Assembly: GCA_021208605.1 (NCBI GenBank)
Contig: JAJOJK010000002.1
Location: 103,851-167,850 of the forward strand
DNA length: 64,000 bases
DNA from: Candidatus Woesebacteria bacterium
GTDB lineage: Bacteria > Patescibacteriota > Microgenomatia > UBA1400 > UBA1396
Direction of reading: 5' to 3'
The translations under genes and the position numbers were made by a program. Position 1 is the first letter of the stretch. Every line of letters begins with the position of its first letter. The notes under the pieces are model-generated. The model saw only the letters and a list, made by a program, of their open reading frames with translations. It searched no databases and had not been told where the DNA came from. This document shows, one piece after another, positions 38,140-47,967 of the stretch.

Positions 38140-39424
38140 GTGCCCACACTCGAAGAAACACTCCAAAAATACTACGGCTTCTCCACGTTTCGTGCCCCGC
38201 AAAAAGAGATTATGGAATCAATCTTATCTGGCCGCGATACTCTGGCACTCTTGCCGACTGGAACTGGGAAATCGCTCTGCTTTCAGCTGCCATCACTCCT
38301 ATTACCGTTTCCCACACTGGTGATTTCGCCGCTCTTAGCGCTCATGCAGGATCAGGTCGAAAGTCTTACCAGACGGGGCATTCCTGCAGCGGCTATTACT
38401 AGTGACACTTCTCAATCAGAAAAAAACGACTATCCTGCATTCACTCCAGAGGAATACCACCCGATTTGTCTACCTCTCTCCAGAGCAGCTCCTCTCTGCG
38501 ACCCAAGCTGAGCTTCTTAAAATACCACTCAGCCATATCTGCATTGACGAAGCCCACTGTATCTCAGAATGGGGACATGACTTCCGACCAGAGTACCAAA
38601 AGATTGGAACGTTTCTCACTGCCTACACTCGATTCCATGATCGTCCGGTTCTATCAGCATTTACCGCCACCGCACATGCCACGGTGAAAAAAGATATTCT
38701 CCAGTTTTTTCCGTTGCAAAATCCACAACAGTTTTCCTTGCCATACTGGCGAGAAAACATTGACTACTGCGTCCGTGAAATAATAAGTGAAGCCCAAAAA
38801 CGCCGCGCTTGGCTAGAGATACTCACCTGGTGGCAAGAAAATGAATTGGCCAAGTGTTTGGTGTATGTTCCAACACGAATCGATGCGGAGTTCTATGCAG
38901 ATTGGGCCCGTCAGCGTGGTTTTTCGGCTCAAGCCTTTCATGCTGGATTATCATTAGCCAAAAGGAAAGCCCTCCTGGCGAAATTTCAAACTACGCCCAT
39001 GAGTATTCTGATTGCCACCACTGCCTTTGGCATGGGAATCGATATTCCCGACATCCGTGTAGTGGTCCATTTGTCTCCACCCATCACACTGAGCGCCTAC
39101 GCACAAGAATCTGGACGAGCCGGGCGCGATGGCCAGCGCAGCTGGTGTTTCTTGCTCTTTCGGGGCGAAGACTTGCATCAAAATCTCACTCTCTTCTTTT
39201 CACCCAACAAACAACGACATCGCCATCAGAAAAAAGAAGCACACTTGGTCTATCGCTGGGCGCGAGAGTCTGCCTGTTTGGCACGCTCACTCCGGATGTA
39301 TTTTGAAACCGAGCAAAAAGATACTCAGAAAATTATTGGCTGCCGCTGTTCGCGGTGTCAGCGGGTTACTTCGACAACACCTCTGGCGCTTTTTTGCCCA
39401 CGCGCACCATCGACTCAAACATGA
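38140..39424 (+). CDS. recQ: RecQ-family DNA helicase (short form), frameshift in the A7 run at 38420-38426
   Basis: PTGTGKSLCFQ, DEAHCISEWGHDFRP, TATA, ATTAFGMGID, QESGRAGRDG, C-terminal Cys cluster. Confidence 0.9.
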
Positions 39425-40112
39425 CCGCGTAGCCGCCATCTTTGGTACGAGTCGTCCAACCGTCTCGTTCGTGGACCAACTTAGCGTCCTTTTCACATAC
39501 CTGACACTCAACACAAATCACCATGTTTTCTTTCAAAAAGGGACCGGTTCCTGGTGTGCCAAAAGCAGGGATTTCTGGCTGCTCATGCAATTTGCGGCCA
39601 ATACCGTGACCAACATATGTGGTTACAATGGAAAATCCAGCTTCTTCCGCCGTGGACTGCATGGCATGCGAAAGATCGCCGACGCGATTCCCCGCCACAG
39701 CTAACTTGACAGCATTGGCTGTCGCCGCTTCACCCACTTCCATGAGACGTCGATGCTCAGGACTCACTGCACCAACAGCAAATGTCCGGCAGTGATCACT
39801 ATAATAACCGTTAAATTTGACACCAAAATCAATACTCACCAAATCGCCTTCCGCAAAAACTTTGGAATCGTAAGGAATTGAGTGGACAACTTCGTCGTTT
39901 ACGCTAATACACGTGCCATATGAATATCCCGGCACTTCTTTGAACGCCGGCGTAACACCATGCTGCTGACACAGCTCCGCAGCCGTGCGCTCTAAATCCC
40001 CGGCAGAAACTCCTGGTTTCACCATACTACCGAGCGTCGCCACAATTTCTGCCGTCACGTGGGCAGCGTAGCGCATATTTTTCAGCTCGAATTCGTTTTT
40101 TATTTGGCCCAT
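39366..40112 (-). CDS. map: Methionine aminopeptidase type I
   Basis: CISVNDEVVH, SIDFG, GHGIG..LHE.P. Confidence 0.95.
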   Translation of the reverse strand: MGQIKNEFELKNMRYAAHVTAEIVATLGSMVKPGVSAGDLERTAAELCQQHGVTPAFKEVPGYSYGTCISVNDEVVHSIPYDSKVFAEGDLVSIDFGVKFNGYYSDHCRTFAVGAVSPEHRRLMEVGEAATANAVKLAVAGNRVGDLSHAMQSTAEEAGFSIVTTYVGHGIGRKLHEQPEIPAFGTPGTGPFLKENMVICVECQVCEKDAKLVHERDGWTTRTKDGGYAVMFESMVRVGKKAPEVLSK

Positions 40113-40121
40113 GCGCGTATT

Positions 40122-41444
40122 CTACTCTTCCTTGAGGATTTTCGCACCCATACTATTCAGACGCTCCGTAATAGACTCGTAGCCGCGTTCCACATGGGAA
40201 GCGGTATCAATGATAGTCGACTGTCCTTTGGCAATCAAAGCCGCTAACAAAATGGTAGCGCCAGCGCGAAGATCGGGTACCTTGTACTCAATGGCTTGAA
40301 GTTCAACTGGTCCCGTAATACGCATGGCATGCTGATCGTCGGGATGGTCATCTTCCAGATTAAATTGATAGGTCTTTTCTGGATCTGCCACTTCTGGATT
40401 ATAGAAAGAGACTTCGACGCCCATGCGCTCCAACGCTTCGGCATATTGGAAGCGACGCTGCGACACGGTTTCATGAATCACGCTGGTGCCTTCAGCTTGG
40501 GTCAGAAGGATTGCCCACAGTGGTTGCCAGTCGGTTTTGAAGCCAGGATGGATAGCCGTAGTAACATCAGTAGCGCGGAGTGGCCCTTTGTAGAAGAAGC
40601 GAATGCCGTAATCACCGACTTCATAGCCACCACCAATTTCTTCGAGTTTTTCCAAAAAGGCTTCCATATGTTGGTGACGAGCGTTTTCCACAATAATGTC
40701 ACCTTTTGTCAAAATGGCGGCTACCGCATAGGAAACAGCTTCGTTCTGATCAGGCATGATTTTGTGAATGGCGCCACCCATCTTTTCGACACCTTCCACC
40801 TCAATCACCCGATGCGCCCGGCGACGAATTCGCGCACCCATTTTGTTTAAGAACGCAATCATGTCGTCAATTTCTGGCTCTTCGGCGGCATTTTCAATAA
40901 TGGTTGTACCCTTTGCCAGAGCGGCAGCCATGAGCATGGTTTCTGTACCAGTGTGCGTGCTTTTGGCAAAACGGAACGTTGCTCCTACCAAACCGTCGGT
41001 TTCGGCGTAGAGGCTATTCTCTTCGACTGTAAACCGCACTCCGAGCGCTTCCAATGAGGCCAGGTGGCGATCAAGTGGACGCTTACCAATATTGTCACCA
41101 CCAGGGAATGGTAAACGAGCCTTGCCAAATTTTGCCAACAGCGGACCCAAAAACATAGTTGAGGCACGCGAGCCTTCACCGTACTCAGGACCAATTTCCC
41201 AGGAATCCATTTCAGACGGATCAACAAACAGAGTGCGCTCGCCTGCGTTATAGGCACGCGCTCCCAAACTGTTAATCATGTCTTTGACGAGCTCTACGTC
41301 GCTAATGTGAGAAAAGTTCAAGATACGAGATTCTTCATTTCCCAGCAAAGCCGCAATCATGAGCTTATAGCTCACATTTTTGGCCCCACCGAGGCGAATT
41401 GACCCATGCAGTGGCGTACATCCCTCAACAACATATTTCGGCAT
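40122..41444 (-). CDS. murA: UDP-GlcNAc 1-carboxyvinyltransferase
   Basis: GAKN, RAS, PGGDNIGKRPLDRH, EPEI, PGFKTD, DLRAG, RGYE. Confidence 0.96.
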   Translation of the reverse strand: MPKYVVEGCTPLHGSIRLGGAKNVSYKLMIAALLGNEESRILNFSHISDVELVKDMINSLGARAYNAGERTLFVDPSEMDSWEIGPEYGEGSRASTMFLGPLLAKFGKARLPFPGGDNIGKRPLDRHLASLEALGVRFTVEENSLYAETDGLVGATFRFAKSTHTGTETMLMAAALAKGTTIIENAAEEPEIDDMIAFLNKMGARIRRRAHRVIEVEGVEKMGGAIHKIMPDQNEAVSYAVAAILTKGDIIVENARHQHMEAFLEKLEEIGGGYEVGDYGIRFFYKGPLRATDVTTAIHPGFKTDWQPLWAILLTQAEGTSVIHETVSQRRFQYAEALERMGVEVSFYNPEVADPEKTYQFNLEDDHPDDQHAMRITGPVELQAIEYKVPDLRAGATILLAALIAKGQSTIIDTASHVERGYESITERLNSMGAKILKEE

Positions 41445-41445
41445 G

Positions 41446-42462
41446 TTACTTTCCTTTCTGTTCTCCTATGAAGAATACTTCTCGTTCGAGTTCAATCCCA
41501 AACTGATCAAGTACAGCTTGGCGCACTGTTTCGGCTAAGGCTTGGATGTCGGCTGCGGTAGCACCACCATCATTCACTAAAAAGTTGGCATGTTTGTCAG
41601 AAACCACCGCACCACCAACTCGCGTGCCTTTGAGTCCAGCTTGGTCAATCAACCACCCCGCGGAAAGAACGGTTTTTCCGTCATACTCCGCTTGTTTTTC
41701 TGGCGGCAGCTCGACATTTCGAAACATACACCCAGAGCTGGGAACACCAAGTGGTTGTGTTGTCGCTCGCTTTACAGTGGCTTCACGCAGATTCGTGTCG
41801 AGTACACTCCGCTCACCAGTCAGCAAAGCAAAAATAACACGCAAAATACTCTCGCCGCTGCGGTGGAAACGGGAGTCATCGTAGGCGAACTCACACGCTT
41901 CCTGATTCAACCAGATGCGCTGGCCGTCGGGAGTCAATACCTCTACAGCCACCACGAAATCACCAATTAACTCGTTTGTGTAATGCGAGTTATTGTAAAT
42001 CGCTCCACCGAGTGTGCCAGGAACTCCTAAAAATGGCTCTAAGCCCGACAGGTTTTTACTGACAGCAAACTTCACCAACTCCGCCGTCTTGATACCGGTC
42101 TCGGCCACAAAAAATTGATACTCGGTGAGCTCACGTAAAACAGTTGCCCACCATTCCTCGGCGATCAATGGGCTCACTTCCGACTCCGCCAATACCGCCA
42201 CTTCCGCACACTGATTCAAAATCACCAGTCCATCAATTCCTGCATCGCTGACTAGCACATTACTCGCACCGCCGAGCAGCGTATACGGAATGTCGTTACT
42301 CTGGCAAAACTGCAGGACGGCTACCATTTGGTCCAAGTCACGGGCTTCCCACAACACTTCTGCTGGTCCCCCAACCTTCATGTAGGTATAGGGAGCGAGC
42401 GACGTATGCTCTTGCCACTCCAGATCAGGGAAAGTAGTCTGTAAATCAGTGAAGTTCGACAT
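41446..42462 (-). CDS. murB: UDP-N-acetylenolpyruvoylglucosamine reductase
   Basis: KVGGPA, GGASNVLVSD, PGTLGGA, QP...PSSGCMFRN, KHANF, LEREV. Confidence 0.95.
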   Translation of the reverse strand: MSNFTDLQTTFPDLEWQEHTSLAPYTYMKVGGPAEVLWEARDLDQMVAVLQFCQSNDIPYTLLGGASNVLVSDAGIDGLVILNQCAEVAVLAESEVSPLIAEEWWATVLRELTEYQFFVAETGIKTAELVKFAVSKNLSGLEPFLGVPGTLGGAIYNNSHYTNELIGDFVVAVEVLTPDGQRIWLNQEACEFAYDDSRFHRSGESILRVIFALLTGERSVLDTNLREATVKRATTQPLGVPSSGCMFRNVELPPEKQAEYDGKTVLSAGWLIDQAGLKGTRVGGAVVSDKHANFLVNDGGATAADIQALAETVRQAVLDQFGIELEREVFFIGEQKGK

Positions 42463-43870
42463 GGTCGTATACCTTGTAAATATCTCCCGCTCCCAGAGTA
42501 ATGAACACATCATCCGGGCCGAGTGCTTGGATGCATTGTAGCATTTCGTCGTCTGGAGAAAGCAGCCGCGCCTGCTGGCCACGGGCTTGTAAATCGTGCA
42601 CAATGTCGTCTGAAGTAATAGAGGGATCAAACGCTTCACGCGCTGAGGCAAATATCGGTGCCAGCACCACTTCGTCTGCTCCTCCCGCGAGCGCGTCGAC
42701 AAACTCATTCCGCAACGCCTTGGTGCGAGAAAATGTATGCGGCTGAAAAGCAATCGTAATCCGTTTTTCTGGGAACCACTCTTTGAGTCCCCGCACTATG
42801 GCTTGAATTTCGCGCGGATGGTGGGCGTAGTCGTCGTAACAGAGTGCACCGGCAACGGTTGTTCCCTTACTCTCAAACCGACGTTGGGTAGAAGAAAATT
42901 CTCGGACAGCCTGAACGATTTCAGACCACTCGCGACCCACATGTTCAGCTACTACTGCAGCATATGCTGCATTCAACAAGTTATGCCTTCCGGGGACACG
43001 CGTTTCCAATTTTCTCGCGCCGAGTAAAACAGAACCGATGCCATCCTCTACCTGCCAGTCACTCAGCTGCACATCATTCTCGGGCTGCTCTCCGACTGAG
43101 ACAGTGGGGGCCTGTATTTTTGCGGTCGCTATCAAGTCGCGGAGATCGGCGTTATCGCCGTTGTAAACCAAAAGCCCATCGGCCGGAAGTTTTTCAAATA
43201 AGAGGCGAAATGCCTTTTGGGTATCGGAAAAATCTTCGTAAACATCTGGATGATCGTAGCTCAAAGAAGTGCAAATCAAGATATGTGGTTCAAGAAAAAG
43301 AAAGCGCGGTGTTTTGTCAGCAATGGGATCAGCCACGTACTCATCGGCCTCAACGACAAAATACTCGGCCGCCGAATCCCAATGACCAGATTTCCCCAGA
43401 TTCGGGATACTCCCCACGCCTACCGCATATGATAACGGCGCGTTATTTTGGCTAAGAATCCAACTGAGAAGTGCTGAAGTGGTGGATTTTCCGCCCACTC
43501 CGCACACCCCAACGGTTTTCTGTTCGCGCGACAACAGTCCTACGGCACCTGCCAAGTGCACAACTTGTTTTTCGGCCTGCAAAGCCTGTTGTACCAAAGG
43601 GTTCTGCCAACCACGATGAGCACCCGAATACACCACCACCGTGGCTTCATCCGGCACTTGCCCCTCGGTGAGTGAAACCACCGGAATCCCCGCTGCTTGG
43701 AGCAAGCTATCTGTCACAAAAACTTCTTCTACATCCGCACCAGAAACGACGACTCCCGCTTCCTGGAGCATCAGCGCCAAAGCCGTCATACCCACACCTT
43801 TGATACCGACCAAAAAGACAGCTGGCTGATCGAGTAAAGAGATATCTGGCAACTCAGCAGTAAAATTCAT
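42446..43870 (-). CDS. murC: UDP-MurNAc-L-Ala ligase
   Basis: GIKGVGM, GKSTT, EADEY, DHPD, DDYAHHP.EI, FQPHTFSRT, LGAGDI. Confidence 0.95.
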   Translation of the reverse strand: MNFTAELPDISLLDQPAVFLVGIKGVGMTALALMLQEAGVVVSGADVEEVFVTDSLLQAAGIPVVSLTEGQVPDEATVVVYSGAHRGWQNPLVQQALQAEKQVVHLAGAVGLLSREQKTVGVCGVGGKSTTSALLSWILSQNNAPLSYAVGVGSIPNLGKSGHWDSAAEYFVVEADEYVADPIADKTPRFLFLEPHILICTSLSYDHPDVYEDFSDTQKAFRLLFEKLPADGLLVYNGDNADLRDLIATAKIQAPTVSVGEQPENDVQLSDWQVEDGIGSVLLGARKLETRVPGRHNLLNAAYAAVVAEHVGREWSEIVQAVREFSSTQRRFESKGTTVAGALCYDDYAHHPREIQAIVRGLKEWFPEKRITIAFQPHTFSRTKALRNEFVDALAGGADEVVLAPIFASAREAFDPSITSDDIVHDLQARGQQARLLSPDDEMLQCIQALGPDDVFITLGAGDIYKVYDHVELH

Positions 43871-43875
43871 GTGTT

Positions 43876-44888
43876 TTATCCTTCAAAATTGGCAAAGAAA
43901 TGTTCTTGTAAAAAAGCGGATACTTTATTAGGATCGTGGCGCAGAATACTACGCTGTAATACATCACCGGCCCCACTTTGGAAAATGGTGTCGGCAATGA
44001 GATCGCCACGAAGAATTTGACTGGACTTATACGTTTCTGCAACGTCATCTTTGACTGGCACCGCTTGTTGCGCGGCATATTTTTCCAGCGCGTCTTCTGG
44101 ATACGACATATTGTTATTCACAATGACATAGTCCAAATCTTCCAGCGCATAGTAGCGGTTGACCTCGTCCAAAAAGGTTTGACAGAATACCCATACGTTT
44201 CACCATATTTAGTCATCAAGTTCGTGAAAAACATTTTTTTCGCGGTGCTTTCGTGTAAAGCTTCTGGCACGCCTTTGACAACAAAATTGGCCACGGTATT
44301 GGTATAAAAATCTCCCGGACCAAAAATAACAAAATCAGCTTCCAAAATGGCCTGCCGCGCATCTTCGCTCAGAGTTGCCTCTGGCTCGGTGCGTAAATCG
44401 ACAATCTTCATGGTGCCATCGTGGGCATCGTCTGGCTCATCAATAGAATGTTCTCCGCGGATCTCAGAACCATCTTCGTACTTGGCCACTAACCGCACAT
44501 CGTCATAAGAAATAGGCAAAATATTACCTTTGACTTGCAAAAGTTTCTTGGCTTCTTCGATAGCCTGTTTTTGCGAACCCACGATATCCGTAATCGCAGC
44601 AATGAATAAATTTCCAAACCGCATGCCGCTGAGGCCTTCTCCCTGGTGGAAGCGATAGCTCATCAGCTCACGCAACAGTGACTGATTTTCTGACAACGCC
44701 ACAATACACTGTGTAATACCAGAGCTCGGCAGCAACCCAAACTGGTCGCGCAGGACACGGTTAGAACCGCCGTCATCGACCATGGTGAGAATTGCAGTGA
44801 TTTCTACGGGAAGTTGTTTGAGGGCGAGCAACATCATGAAGGTACCAGTACCTCCACCGAGCACAGCCACTTTGGGTGTATGACTCAT
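43876..44888 (-). CDS. yvcK: YvcK/GlmR-family protein, frameshift near 44175
   Basis: GGGTG, DDGGS, GPG..YT, NLMTKYGET. The C-terminal part (..RHDP.K) is in the adjacent frame. Confidence 0.88.
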
Positions 44889-44937
44889 ACACGCTCAGCC
44901 TAGTCGAGTTTCCGCCAGGTGTCAAGCTGGACAGCGC

Positions 44938-45414
44938 TTATTCATGCAAAAGCTCTTGGAGAATATGCCGCGTATTCGCAAAGGTTTTGAGTGATTGCAC
45001 CTCTTCCCAGGTAAACCAGCCAATGCCATGCGCCTCAGCATCTTGATGTGTAAGTGCTTGTTCCGGAATTTCTACTACGTACTCAAGATCAATATGATAG
45101 TGTGCGGGCTGCTCACCATGAGCCGGAATGGATTGTTCCATGACGTATCGTGGACTTGGCATGAGAAACGCGTACTCGTCAACATGTTCGCCAACCACTA
45201 ACAACTCAGAAATATCGAGTCCCGTTTCTTCCTGCACTTCGCGCACCGCGGCTTGAATGGGATTTTCGTCCGCCTCAATGTGTCCACCTGGTTGCATCCA
45301 GGTGTCGAGTTTCTTGTGGTGCACGAGCGCCACCTTGCGCGGCGCAGAATCAGAAATCAACCAGACCGAAGCGGTAAATTGCTTTGCACCTTCTGCTACA
45401 ACCACCTTGCTCAC
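44938..45414 (-). CDS. NUDIX hydrolase
   Basis: PGGHIEADENPIQAAVREVQEETGL Nudix box. Confidence 0.93.
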   Translation of the reverse strand: MSKVVVAEGAKQFTASVWLISDSAPRKVALVHHKKLDTWMQPGGHIEADENPIQAAVREVQEETGLDISELLVVGEHVDEYAFLMPSPRYVMEQSIPAHGEQPAHYHIDLEYVVEIPEQALTHQDAEAHGIGWFTWEEVQSLKTFANTRHILQELLHE

Positions 45415-45418
45415 GGAG

Positions 45419-46681
45419 TTACTTTTCCGACTTCTCTTTTTTCTCGGCCCACTCTTTCACCGCTACATGATCGGACCATGGGTACTCCGTGGTGCCGAAA
45501 CACATGCTTTGCTCGTGGCCTTTGCCAAAAATACCCACTATATCGCCAGGTTTGGCTTCGTTGAGTGCCCAGAAAATGGCTTCCTTGCGATCCGGAATCG
45601 AGATAACTGTGTCGTGAGCACCTTCCGGGATGCCTTCCTTCATCTGGCGAATAATGACGTTCACGTCTTCGGTGCGGGGGTCTTCGGCGGTGTAGACAGT
45701 GAGGTCAGCATTTTCGGCACCAGCTTTTCCCATCAGTGGACGTTTGGCTCGATCGCGTAATCCAGCACTTCCGTAGACTGCGATAAGTCGCTTTTTCGTT
45801 TGTTTGCGGAGGGCTTTGAGGGCTTTATCGAGCGCATTTGGCGTATGCGCGAAATCAACCACTACTTGAAATTCCTCACCAATGTCAAGGAAGTCCATCC
45901 GACCTTTAATGCCCGAAAATTTCTTAATAGCTGCAACGTAGTCGGCATTCTTGACACCCAACTCCTGCGCCATGGTCCACACTAAACGGGCATTCCACTG
46001 GTTGTAGGGTTCCGGGAACCGGGTTTCGACTGCTTCACGTACCGTTTTGGGCATATCCGCTAAGTCTTGCGAGTAGGTTACAAATGGGGTTTGAGATCGC
46101 TCTACTGCTTGCCGCACAAACGCAAACGAGCGATCGTCTGCGTTGAGAACTGCCTTGTTCGCTTTCTGCAGGAGCTGTGCTTTCACTCCAGCATATGTTT
46201 CCCAATCGACAAAATAGTCTAAATGCTCGTGGGAAATATTCGTGATACCAGCCAGAGCAATAGGAATTCCCCAAATGCGGTACTGAAAAATACCATGCGA
46301 AGTGACTTCCAGCACAACATGCTCGATACCCGCCTCCACACAACGATGAAGAATCTTCTGAATCTGTTTGGGTTCGGGAGAGGTGGTATGAAAACCAGTG
46401 TCGATCTCTTCGTCACCAATGTAGGCGGCTACCGTACTAATAAGAGCCACTTTGTAGTTGGCTTGCTTGAGCACTTCGTAGAGCATGGTGGAACTGGTGG
46501 TTTTGCCGTCGGTGCCGGTGATGGCGTAGACTTGAAGTTTCTTTGCAGGAAAGTTGTACTGGAGTGCGGCCGGTATCGCTTCACCGAGTAACGATTTCAC
46601 AACATGCCATATTTTCCGACCAAAATACCGTGCTTTTTGCATAGACCCTTTACTTCGTTTTCTCCTGTGGAGTATGTGCAT
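45419..46681 (-). CDS. murE: UDP-MurNAc-tripeptide synthetase
   Basis: TGTDGKTT, LEVTSH, TNISHEHLD, DFAHTP, RD..KRPLMG, EDPR, GKGHE. Confidence 0.93.
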   Translation of the reverse strand: MHILHRRKRSKGSMQKARYFGRKIWHVVKSLLGEAIPAALQYNFPAKKLQVYAITGTDGKTTSSTMLYEVLKQANYKVALISTVAAYIGDEEIDTGFHTTSPEPKQIQKILHRCVEAGIEHVVLEVTSHGIFQYRIWGIPIALAGITNISHEHLDYFVDWETYAGVKAQLLQKANKAVLNADDRSFAFVRQAVERSQTPFVTYSQDLADMPKTVREAVETRFPEPYNQWNARLVWTMAQELGVKNADYVAAIKKFSGIKGRMDFLDIGEEFQVVVDFAHTPNALDKALKALRKQTKKRLIAVYGSAGLRDRAKRPLMGKAGAENADLTVYTAEDPRTEDVNVIIRQMKEGIPEGAHDTVISIPDRKEAIFWALNEAKPGDIVGIFGKGHEQSMCFGTTEYPWSDHVAVKEWAEKKEKSEK

Positions 46682-46749
46682 CGTATACTGTTTTTTTGCA
46701 GCAAACAAGCCAGAAGACATATATACTGAAAGAAGAAGTAAAGGATAAA

Positions 46750-47967
46750 ATGAGTCGAGCCGAACAGATCCAACAAGAGTTTTTTCCAGATACAATCCAA
46801 AGCGCTATGCTTCGTTTTTTAACTCAGTCATATCCCGAAAAATCAAAAAAGGCCCTCGGTGAATTTCTTAAAGAAAGTAGTCCTCTTACAAATGAGGAAA
46901 TTGATACCCTGCTTTCCAATCTTTCCCCAAAGATTATTCGGGATCTTTTTGTACTGCTCAAAAAGGCGAATCTGGTCGTTATAGAAGAAAAAAATGACAC
47001 AGGTGACTCGACTGTGCGTTCAGAGGTGGGAGAAAAAAAGGAGCCGGCAAGATATTTGCTTTCTGAAAAAACGGCCGGTTCGGGCGGTGTCGGAGCAGTA
47101 TACTTTGCCTATGATTTAAAAATGAAGCGATTGGTTGCAATAAAGAACAATACTGATACCTTCTCATTACCTCACCTGGAAGCCCTAGAAATAGAAGCGA
47201 AACAACAAAGCGCCACACACAACTCCAATATTATCACGGTATATGACCTCCTAAAAATTCCAGACTTCTTGTCGGGAAATAGAATTCCCTATATGGTCAT
47301 GGAGTGCATGGACCCCGAAACTTCAGCCACTCTTCAAGACATTCTCAGTGGTTCTAGCCCTGATACCGACGAAATACGTAACTCGACTTTTGAACTGAAC
47401 CACTCTCAAAACACTATGAGCCGAGTTTTCACTCCAGAAGCTGCACTCACTATCATGTACGACATCTTGGAAGTTGTTGACCTCCTGTACAAAAACGGAA
47501 AACGGCTTCACCTAGACTGGAAACCAGAAAACGTTTTCCTTACACCAGAAGGCACTAAAGTAGCCGACTTTGGCCTCCTTGCTATGAGCCAGCATTCTAA
47601 TTTTCAAGATAATCTGTTTGGTTCACCACGCTACATGGCTCCCGAGCGTATTCGACCGAATGAACCAATCAATCTTGCCACAGAATTATACTCCTTAAGT
47701 CTTCTTCTGTATACATTAATTTGTGGCTCAAACCACCCTTACGCCGAAGGACACCACCCAAGGGCGGTACTCATCGCCATCTTAACGAATAAGCCAGATC
47801 AACATATAGAAAGAAAAGGCATTGTGAAAGCCTACGCTGAGAAAACAGGTCTCAATTATGAGAAACTCCTGAATTTCTTTAAAATCACCTTAAATCCAAT
47901 AAATGAGCAACGTCCACAAACAGTGGAGGAGTATCAGGATCTATTAGAGAATGCTTTTAGCCACTGA
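46750..47967 (+). CDS. Hanks-type Ser/Thr protein kinase
   Basis: GSGGVGAVY, VAIK, HLDWKPEN, DFG, GSPRYMAPE; AAGGA RBS. Confidence 0.92.
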   Translation: MSRAEQIQQEFFPDTIQSAMLRFLTQSYPEKSKKALGEFLKESSPLTNEEIDTLLSNLSPKIIRDLFVLLKKANLVVIEEKNDTGDSTVRSEVGEKKEPARYLLSEKTAGSGGVGAVYFAYDLKMKRLVAIKNNTDTFSLPHLEALEIEAKQQSATHNSNIITVYDLLKIPDFLSGNRIPYMVMECMDPETSATLQDILSGSSPDTDEIRNSTFELNHSQNTMSRVFTPEAALTIMYDILEVVDLLYKNGKRLHLDWKPENVFLTPEGTKVADFGLLAMSQHSNFQDNLFGSPRYMAPERIRPNEPINLATELYSLSLLLYTLICGSNHPYAEGHHPRAVLIAILTNKPDQHIERKGIVKAYAEKTGLNYEKLLNFFKITLNPINEQRPQTVEEYQDLLENAFSH

